A DNA stretch of 24,000 bases from Nitrososphaerota archaeon. Its GTDB lineage: Archaea > Thermoproteota > Nitrososphaeria_A > Caldarchaeales > Calditenuaceae. The stretch lies in the NCBI GenBank assembly GCA_041641295.1, contig JBEPYO010000001.1, forward strand, positions 1,102,808 through 1,126,807, read 5' to 3'. Positions within the stretch are counted from its first letter, which is position 1. The number at the start of each line of letters is the position of its first letter. The notes under the pieces were generated by a model. It did no database searches, was not told where the DNA came from, and was given only the letters and a program-made list of their open reading frames with translations. Both the position numbers and the translations under genes were made by a program. Below are positions 15,593-21,953 of the stretch, piece by piece.

Positions 15593-16618
15593 CTAAAGTA
15601 TTCTGATATATTCCCTGCCAGCCCCCTCATATGAGCCTATAAGTATCTGTCTCCAAGCCTCCTCACCATTCCTCCGCGCCACCTCCAGCTTCCCATAAGC
15701 CTCGACAAGGTCACCCTCCCTCAAAACACCTGCCAACATCATGTCATAACACACAATCCTATCAATACTCCCACCCTCATCCTCCACGAAATACACCGCC
15801 GGCGTAAAGAGCGACTCCCGCACATCAACCACTCTGCCCCTCACCTTGGCCATCCCTAGAGTGGAGTAGACCACCTCGCCATACTTGTACACTGGAGCCT
15901 CGCGTACACCATGTACTGAGAAGGGCACTCCACTGAATACTCCCTTGTTTATGACGTTGGATGCGAGTCTGCGCAGGTCATGCGTTGATACCGGGTATCT
16001 TGACGAGGCCCGGATAACCCATCCCTCAGGATCGCTACCACCCAGTAAAGCCACCTCGCCCTCACGGTGCAGCTCCTTAAGCGCTTCAAGAACCCGCCAC
16101 AAATTATCCGTGCCATAGACCACCAAATCTATATCTGAATCCTGATGATGGATTGCGGGAAGGATCGACCCAGTAACGCCGAAGTGGTCTATAGGGACGC
16201 CGGAAACCTCTGTAAGCCTCTCAACGAGTGAGACTAGAAGTCTTTCAAGTCGATTGTTGGTGGGTCTGCTCAATAGCTCTTTGAGCCGCCTCTTAGAGCT
16301 GTATACTCTGGTAATGCTGCTGATGGGTGGTGCTATGACCTTAGCGCCGACGGTAGGATCGTGGAACACGTAGCCGGGCTGCCTCTCTTCTACGAAGTTG
16401 ATTATTTTTAGAAGCTCTGAAACCGTGTACTGTCGTATTACCCTGATGAATTTTTTCTCACCATTCCCCCAGATGCCATTACCTGGTACGTATTTGAGCA
16501 GGCTCCAAACCCGTCCCGCTGGATGAACGTCGCCTAAAACTAGGAAAATCCAGCCGTCAGTCGTCTCGAAATAGTCGTGGTCCCTTACTGACCCGTCGTG
16601 GCCTTCACTCTCCTGCAT
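15593..16618 (-). CDS. Pol-beta-superfamily nucleotidyltransferase with conserved N-terminal domain and C-terminal OB-like beta-rich domain (paralog 2), function unknown
   Basis: NTase signature GVTGS-x8-DSDIDLVV (G150-S151, D162, D164). Collinear similarity to the upstream paralog in at least 5 blocks. GGAGG sits immediately before the ATG, only 29 nt after the upstream gene. Confidence 0.65.
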   Translation of the reverse strand: MQESEGHDGSVRDHDYFETTDGWIFLVLGDVHPAGRVWSLLKYVPGNGIWGNGEKKFIRVIRQYTVSELLKIINFVEERQPGYVFHDPTVGAKVIAPPISSITRVYSSKRRLKELLSRPTNNRLERLLVSLVERLTEVSGVPIDHFGVTGSILPAIHHQDSDIDLVVYGTDNLWRVLEALKELHREGEVALLGGSDPEGWVIRASSRYPVSTHDLRRLASNVINKGVFSGVPFSVHGVREAPVYKYGEVVYSTLGMAKVRGRVVDVRESLFTPAVYFVEDEGGSIDRIVCYDMMLAGVLREGDLVEAYGKLEVARRNGEEAWRQILIGSYEGAGREYIRIL

Positions 16619-16647
16619 TCCTCCTTAAAACAGCTATCTTGGCGGAG

Positions 16648-17610
16648 TTATAACTGTATTTTACGCATAGCGTTTTCGGAGACGATATAATCGTCGGGTG
16701 TATTTCCGATGAATATTCTGAGCCTTCTCGTGACTAGGTCTATCTCTAGCCTTCCCCTCGCGGTGAAGCGTTCTCCAGCAAAAACCTGTTCTGCAAACCT
16801 CGACCGGTAGGACACCGCTTCTCCACACTTGTAGGCCTCTTCACCACCCTCAAGCACCTCTTCGACAGTGACCCGCAGCTTCATAGGCGTATAACAGCCG
16901 AGTGAGTCTTCCTCCACCACACCCCTCACCTTGACATATCCCAGCTCCCTCCACTTAGCCGTCCCCCATGGTTCCCAGAAATCCTCGGGCCGCTTCACAA
17001 TCTTGGCCGAATAGACCACTCCCCTGAAAAGACCGTACGTGGACTTCCTACCCTCGTGCACTAGCCAGACGTCGAGGCCAAGCTTAGAGTCTCTACGCTT
17101 TAAGGCCAGGTCTTGAGTGTGTTCCCGCGTCACGGCCCCTGTAACGCCACGGTCCCTGAGCTCTCTCAAGGCCTCTATGGCCCGAAGCCCCCTCGGCTCC
17201 ACCACGACTATGTCAATATCAGACCACCTCTTATGCGCCTTCAAGAGAATGGAGCCAGAGATTCCTATCGACTCGAGGGGAAGGCCACCTTCCTCCGAGA
17301 GGAGCCTCCCAAACTCCAAGGCCATGCTGGTCAACCGGTCAATTGGCTGAAGGTTTCTGAACCCCTCAAGCGAGGAGAGATACCTCTCCACACTCTCAAC
17401 AGGGATCTGGGGCAAAACCTGCCCCGAGTGGTCGTCGAAGATTAGCCAGCCCCGAACCCTGTCCTCTATGTAGGCATACACCTCCTCCAGAGTGGCCGCC
17501 CGTCCTAGACGGGGAAAAGCAACAACCTTTCCTGGAGGGTGTGAAACACCTTTAACAGCCATAAACCCCAGCTCGCCGACATAGATGTAGTCGCCTTCAA
17601 TCAAGCCCAA
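16648..17610 (-). CDS. Pol-beta-superfamily nucleotidyltransferase with conserved N-terminal domain and C-terminal OB-like beta-rich domain (paralog 1), function unknown
   Basis: NTase signature GISGS-x10-SDIDIVVV (G119-S120, D131, D133). The TTG start is supported by N-terminal similarity to paralog 2 (DYIYVGELGFMAVKGVSHPPGKV vs DYFETTDGWIFLVLGDVHPAGRV). Confidence 0.65.
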   Translation of the reverse strand: MGLIEGDYIYVGELGFMAVKGVSHPPGKVVAFPRLGRAATLEEVYAYIEDRVRGWLIFDDHSGQVLPQIPVESVERYLSSLEGFRNLQPIDRLTSMALEFGRLLSEEGGLPLESIGISGSILLKAHKRWSDIDIVVVEPRGLRAIEALRELRDRGVTGAVTREHTQDLALKRRDSKLGLDVWLVHEGRKSTYGLFRGVVYSAKIVKRPEDFWEPWGTAKWRELGYVKVRGVVEEDSLGCYTPMKLRVTVEEVLEGGEEAYKCGEAVSYRSRFAEQVFAGERFTARGRLEIDLVTRRLRIFIGNTPDDYIVSENAMRKIQL

Positions 17611-17629
17611 ATCCCATGATAGTGATGGG

Positions 17630-17638
17630 TTTTAAAAG
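17630..17638 (-). promoter_or_regulatory. TATA box (CTTTTAAAA) before NTase paralog 1
   Basis: Centred ~24 nt before the TTG start at 17610, inside the 62-nt gap after the kinase-like gene. Confidence 0.4.
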
Positions 17639-17672
17639 AGATAGTGTCGGAGCAATCACTCTATCCGCCCTC

Positions 17673-19283
17673 CTATCTTCTCAGCTCCCTCTCCACTGAC
17701 CTAAACATCCAGACCTGTGTCCAGATGGGTGTCCAAGGAAGCATGGTGAGCTGGTACTTGCTATCCAGGGCTCCCTCAACGACCTCGGGCCTGCCCTTCG
17801 ACAGATAACCCTTAGCAATTAGTGATGCATACCTCTCGGCATCTTCGGGGTCGAGATAGTGCCCCATATAGAGTATCAGTTCGGAGAGGTCCCAAGACTT
17901 GTTGCCCTTAAGAGAGGCCTGTTCTAAATCCACCAGCCACGTCTCGGATAAGGGCTGCGCAATCATGAAATTGTCGGGTTTACAGTCTCCAACCACTACA
18001 TCTCGCTCATGCACCTCAGCCAGCATTCTACCGACACCTATCGTTATCTCTTCTAGCCGTCTGTCTCCAATCCTTCCACGCTCACGAGTCCACGCCTCCG
18101 TCAAATTATATCCTCTGATTGCATTCTCAACTAGCACTTTATCACCCCAAGAGAGGTAAACAACACGTGGAACACGAAGCCCCTTCTCAGCCAAGTAGCT
18201 CAGGAAGAAGACCTCGTTACTCATCCTAGTCCCCGGTGAGAAGTAGAAGTTTCTCAGAGGCATGGCCCAAAGCTTGGCGGCGACCCATTTAATATCAGTC
18301 CAAGAGAAGTATCTCTTAACGAATAGAGCCTCTTTCGGGCTGCCGTCCACATATATTCGGAGGAGATAAGTCGAGTTTAGTATGGAGCCTTTCCTATCCA
18401 GCTTGACTTCGGCGTCCTCCAGTGAGAGGTGCTTTTTAATTGCCTCGATAAGCGGCTCGTCGCTTGAGATTGGTTGGAGGCCGTGGAAGGTCTTGATAAA
18501 GGCCCACTCCTCAGGCTCCATCTCAGCCAAGCTTGCAGGCGACTTTGGATAGGCCTCTGCGAGTAATAGCCTGAGCGCCCCGATCGCCACAGCAGGCTCC
18601 CTCACAACTCTTGTGACCTGGGGGTTGAATGGGAGCTTGAGTCTAGGCCTACTCCCGCCTAGGTGTCCCCGCATGACCTTTGAAGGGTTTAGGGCGTATA
18701 ATTCGCCGTCTTTCTGTAAGACCCCATCCTCCTCTCGGGATGACTCATCTAGGGCTGTCCTCAGCCGAGATATGACCGTGGATAGGTGTTTTTCGCGGAG
18801 GCCATTCTCGGCGTTTAGCCACCAGAAGAGCCGGGTCAGGCTCGGCATGAGCGCTAGTTTGGGTTTGATCCACCTCAACAGGAAGTAGAGGGGGTGTAGC
18901 CTCACGTGGATGGCGGCGAGCTCGTAGCTCTCGATGACTGTTTCTGTTACGCGCTTGATTACTCGCTTCAAGTAGTGGGACTGTAACTGGCTAATGACCT
19001 CTCCTCCTTGGACTACCTCGAAGGGTGTTAGGAGCCGTATCGCTAGGCTGTCGCCCAAGATGGAGGAGGAGACGTCTCTCTTCACAAACCCGAGTGGCGC
19101 TACTATCTCTCTGCGGCCGTCATCTACTGAGACTTCCAGTCCACGTCTCTCATCGCCGCTCATCGCCAACCGCTCAGCGATCACCGAGCCGTCGCTCTTG
19201 ACAGGATATTCAAGCACCGCGACTATTTTTTCTCCGGCAGAGCCTTCCCTTCTCCGCCGCGCCTCGCCATCCCGTTCCAGCAT
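17673..19283 (-). CDS. Atypical protein-kinase-like (ePK/RIO/Kdo-like fold) protein with ~290-aa uncharacterised N-terminal region
   Basis: The C-terminal ~200 aa carry beta3-Lys-like FVKRY, hinge LVENAIRGYNL, catalytic loop VVVGDCKPDNFMI (D433, K435, N438) and DFG-equivalent WLVDLEQAS. No classical GxGxxG loop. The N-terminal part includes a possible winged-helix segment (LSTVISRLRTAL...GVLQKDGELYALNP). Confidence 0.6.
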   Translation of the reverse strand: MLERDGEARRRREGSAGEKIVAVLEYPVKSDGSVIAERLAMSGDERRGLEVSVDDGRREIVAPLGFVKRDVSSSILGDSLAIRLLTPFEVVQGGEVISQLQSHYLKRVIKRVTETVIESYELAAIHVRLHPLYFLLRWIKPKLALMPSLTRLFWWLNAENGLREKHLSTVISRLRTALDESSREEDGVLQKDGELYALNPSKVMRGHLGGSRPRLKLPFNPQVTRVVREPAVAIGALRLLLAEAYPKSPASLAEMEPEEWAFIKTFHGLQPISSDEPLIEAIKKHLSLEDAEVKLDRKGSILNSTYLLRIYVDGSPKEALFVKRYFSWTDIKWVAAKLWAMPLRNFYFSPGTRMSNEVFFLSYLAEKGLRVPRVVYLSWGDKVLVENAIRGYNLTEAWTRERGRIGDRRLEEITIGVGRMLAEVHERDVVVGDCKPDNFMIAQPLSETWLVDLEQASLKGNKSWDLSELILYMGHYLDPEDAERYASLIAKGYLSKGRPEVVEGALDSKYQLTMLPWTPIWTQVWMFRSVERELRR

Positions 19284-19361
19284 CTTGCTATATCCATCAA
19301 TAGGGCTGCCGCATTACTAAATAAAGAGTCGCCGGCTCGTTAGCCTCTGTGGGGAGCGATT

Positions 19362-19370
19362 CTTTTTAAT
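19362..19370 (+). promoter_or_regulatory. TATA box (CTTTTTAAT) for the PmbA/TldE gene
   Basis: Centred ~29 nt before ATG 19395. Confidence 0.45.
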
Positions 19371-19394
19371 CTGGGCTGCTGGGATTTAGGGTGT

Positions 19395-20729
19395 ATGGTG
19401 GGGGCGCGGCGAGTGGCTTTAGAGGCTTTGAGAACGGCGAAGAGGCTGGGGGCTACTGACGCGGCGGTTGACTTGGCGGACGTGACCATCTACATGATAC
19501 GCTTCTCAAATAATGAGATAACGGTCTCGAAGGTGTTTGACGAGTATGAGGTCTCGGTTTATCTGGCTATAGGTGAGAGGCGGGGGGTGGCCTCAACCTC
19601 TGTCCGCAGCCTCTCTGAGATAAAGAGGTTGATTGCGGGTTTGGCGGAGACTACTCGGCTGGCGGGGCCGAGTGATGTCTATGCGCCGCTTCCAAGGGGG
19701 CCGTTCAAGTATGATAGGGGGCTTCTCTCGCGGGGGAGGAGGGCTCCTCCACCGGAAGACGTTGTTGGGTGGGTTGAGGAGGCTGTTTCGGGGGCTAGGA
19801 ATAGTGGTGCTGTTCGGGTTGCAGGGTCCCTCATAGTGAGTGAGGTTCGTAGGACTCTCTACACCTCTGGTGGGGTTAGGGTAGAGTCTAGCAGTGAGAG
19901 GATTGAGCTGTCGGTTAGGGCTTTTCTAAATGGGGCGTCGAGTGGGCAGTTCTCTACTGCCACGGCTAGTAGGGAGGAGTTTAACCCCTATAAGACTGGG
20001 GAGATGGCGGGTGAGGTTGCGCGTCTGGCGAAGAACCCGGTGAGCGGTGAGCCGGGCGTGTATGACGCTATACTAGGCCCCATGACCTTCGCCAACATTT
20101 TAGAGGAGGTGGGGAGGGCGGCTTCAGCCTACAGCGTTCTCACGGGGCTCTCATTCCTAGAGGGCAAGATTGGTGAGTTGGTTGCGTCTAAAATCCTCAC
20201 GCTCATAGACGACCCTACACTACCCACCGCGTATGGCTCAGAGGCCTTTGATGATGAGGGGCTTCCGACCAAGCGTAAGGCGATAATAGAGTCTGGGGAG
20301 CTTAAGACCTATCTACACAATAGTGCGACGGCGAAGAAGTTTGAGACTGAGAGCACGGCTAATGCTGGATGGATATCCCCCGAGCCTTTCAACCTAGTCG
20401 TGGAGGGTGGAAGCGCCACGCTTAACCAGCTGTTATCAAAGGTTGATAGGGGGATCTTCGTTACCAATGACTGGTACCTTAGGTATAGGAACTTCAGGAC
20501 TGGAGACTTCTCGACTATTCCGCGCGACGGTCTCTTCCTAGTTAAGAATGGGAGTATTGAGGCTGCGTTGAAGGATCTGAGGCTGAGTGATAATATTTTG
20601 AGGATTATGAGGAATTTGGAGGAGATGACGGCGGATAAATACTGGATAAAGTGGTGGGAGGTGGAGGTCCCGGTGAGGGCGCCTTATGCTCTTGTGAGGA
20701 ATGTGAACTTCACGAAGTCCACTATTTAG
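19395..20729 (+). CDS. PmbA/TldE-family protein (peptidase U62 family, non-HExxxH member)
   Basis: 444 aa. C-terminal family block GIFVTNDWYLRYRNFRTGDFSTIPRDGLFLVKNGSI. No HExxxH metal site was seen, so it is TldE/PmbA-like rather than TldD-like. Confidence 0.75.
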   Translation: MVGARRVALEALRTAKRLGATDAAVDLADVTIYMIRFSNNEITVSKVFDEYEVSVYLAIGERRGVASTSVRSLSEIKRLIAGLAETTRLAGPSDVYAPLPRGPFKYDRGLLSRGRRAPPPEDVVGWVEEAVSGARNSGAVRVAGSLIVSEVRRTLYTSGGVRVESSSERIELSVRAFLNGASSGQFSTATASREEFNPYKTGEMAGEVARLAKNPVSGEPGVYDAILGPMTFANILEEVGRAASAYSVLTGLSFLEGKIGELVASKILTLIDDPTLPTAYGSEAFDDEGLPTKRKAIIESGELKTYLHNSATAKKFETESTANAGWISPEPFNLVVEGGSATLNQLLSKVDRGIFVTNDWYLRYRNFRTGDFSTIPRDGLFLVKNGSIEAALKDLRLSDNILRIMRNLEEMTADKYWIKWWEVEVPVRAPYALVRNVNFTKSTI

Positions 20730-20738
20730 CTGGGGTGC

Positions 20739-20745
20739 TTTTTCT
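20739..20745 (+). terminator. Oligo-T stretch (TTTTTCT) after the PmbA/TldE stop
   Basis: A T5 run lies 10 nt after TAG 20727-20729. Archaeal terminators are oligo-T tracts. Confidence 0.3.
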
Positions 20746-20753
20746 CAGTTGGT

Positions 20754-21245
20754 TTAGAATTTGTAGCCTATTTTTCGGAGGAACTCTCTCCGCTCGCGTA
20801 TGTTTTGCTCGTTCTCGATTCCTTTGGGCTTGTAGCCGTCAACGACGCCTATTATTCCGCGGCCTTGGTCGGTCTCCGCTACTATTACTTGGAGTGGGTT
20901 TGCGGTTGCGCATAAGATGGTGCATACTTCGGGGACTTCTTTGAGTCTTCCAAGTATGTTGATTGGGTAGAGGTTGCGTGTGAATATTAGGAATGTGTGG
21001 CCGCATCCTATTTTGAGGAGGGTTTCGGCTGCGAGTTTTCTTAGTTCTTCGTCGGTTCCTTCGTGTCTGATGAGGCATGGGCCGCTGGCTTCGCTGAAGG
21101 CGAGGCCGAATTTTGCGCCGGGGACTGTGTTGACTATTGCTTCGTAGATGTCTTCGACGCTTTTTATGAAGTGGGTGATTCCGAGTATTGCGTTGCACCC
21201 CTCGGGAGTCTCGACTTTTATGACCTCGAGTTTGACGGTGCTCAC
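20754..21245 (-). CDS. Adenosine-specific kinase family protein (PF04008 / PAE2307-like)
   Basis: 163 aa, GTG start. Strongly resembles the conserved archaeal ~160-aa family (...[38 protein letters not shown]...A......GCGHTF.I......PIN.L..LK.VPEV..I.CATANP..V.VAET.QGRG..GV.DG...). Confidence 0.65.
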   Translation of the reverse strand: MSTVKLEVIKVETPEGCNAILGITHFIKSVEDIYEAIVNTVPGAKFGLAFSEASGPCLIRHEGTDEELRKLAAETLLKIGCGHTFLIFTRNLYPINILGRLKEVPEVCTILCATANPLQVIVAETDQGRGIIGVVDGYKPKGIENEQNIRERREFLRKIGYKF

Positions 21246-21310
21246 GGGGCTAGTAGTGTTGGGGGATTCTAAATAATCATTTGCGCCGGGGAGGGGCGGG
21301 GGTAGGGGTG

Positions 21311-21742
21311 TTAGCGGGATAGTAGGATGACTGCGCCTATGGCCATTGCTATTCCGAGGATTTTTGTCCAGGTGATTGATTCGCCTAGGAAGAGGAGGCT
21401 GAGGAAGGCGGCTAGTGCTAGGCCGAGTCTTGAGATGGGGATGATGGTGCTGCCTTCGCCTATTCGGAGGGCTGTCATGAGGGCTATTAGTGCTATGGAG
21501 ATGGTTACTCCTGAGATGAGGGCGTAGGGGATTAGTCTGGGGCCCATTTCTGGCATGTGGCCTTCGATTAGTAGGGCTGCTACTGGGAGGATTGCCAGCA
21601 GGGTGAGGGTTTCTAGGAGGAGGTATCCTGTTGGTGAGCCGCCCTCAATCATTCCTTTCCGTCTGATGAAGTCTGTTAGTCCTAGGCAGAGGAAGGCGAC
21701 GAGTGCTAGGGCTATGTCTAGTCTTGCTGCTTCTGCTGTCAT
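21311..21742 (-). CDS. Small single-EamA-domain (DMT superfamily) membrane protein
   Basis: 143 aa, 4-5 hydrophobic helices, and the typical EamA C-terminal pattern ...[24 protein letters not shown]. Confidence 0.55.
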   Translation of the reverse strand: MTAEAARLDIALALVAFLCLGLTDFIRRKGMIEGGSPTGYLLLETLTLLAILPVAALLIEGHMPEMGPRLIPYALISGVTISIALIALMTALRIGEGSTIIPISRLGLALAAFLSLLFLGESITWTKILGIAMAIGAVILLSR

Positions 21743-21953
21743 GGGGTTTATTGTAGCTGTTCGGTGTCTTAAAGGCTTGTGCTGGGGGTGTCTTGGCCTT
21801 TGGGGTGTTTTGCTGGGTGGTTTGGGGGTTTATATAGTGTTGTTTTTCGGGGTTTTGGCGGGTTTCTGCGGGTTGTTCTAGGGTTTGGAGTTGTCCTAGA
21901 ATGGATGGGTCTTTATGGTTGGGTTTGGGTTGTTTGGGCTGCGTGATTGGGAA
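21743..21953 (+). repeat. Extreme G+T-rich low-complexity tract with many G3-G5 runs (GGGTTT-like degenerate repeats)
   Basis: Hand count of 21781-21840: G27 T25 C5 A3. G-runs lie at about 21784, 21802, 21815, 21824, 21850, 21860, 21870, 21881, 21907, 21921, 21927 and 21936. Confidence 0.85.
21829..21837 (+). promoter_or_regulatory. TATA box (TTTATATAG) inside the G+T-rich tract, candidate promoter of the surface-protein gene
   Basis: The only A-containing AT box in the tract. It would give a G/U-rich 5' leader of ~55-95 nt, depending on the start codon. Confidence 0.4.
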
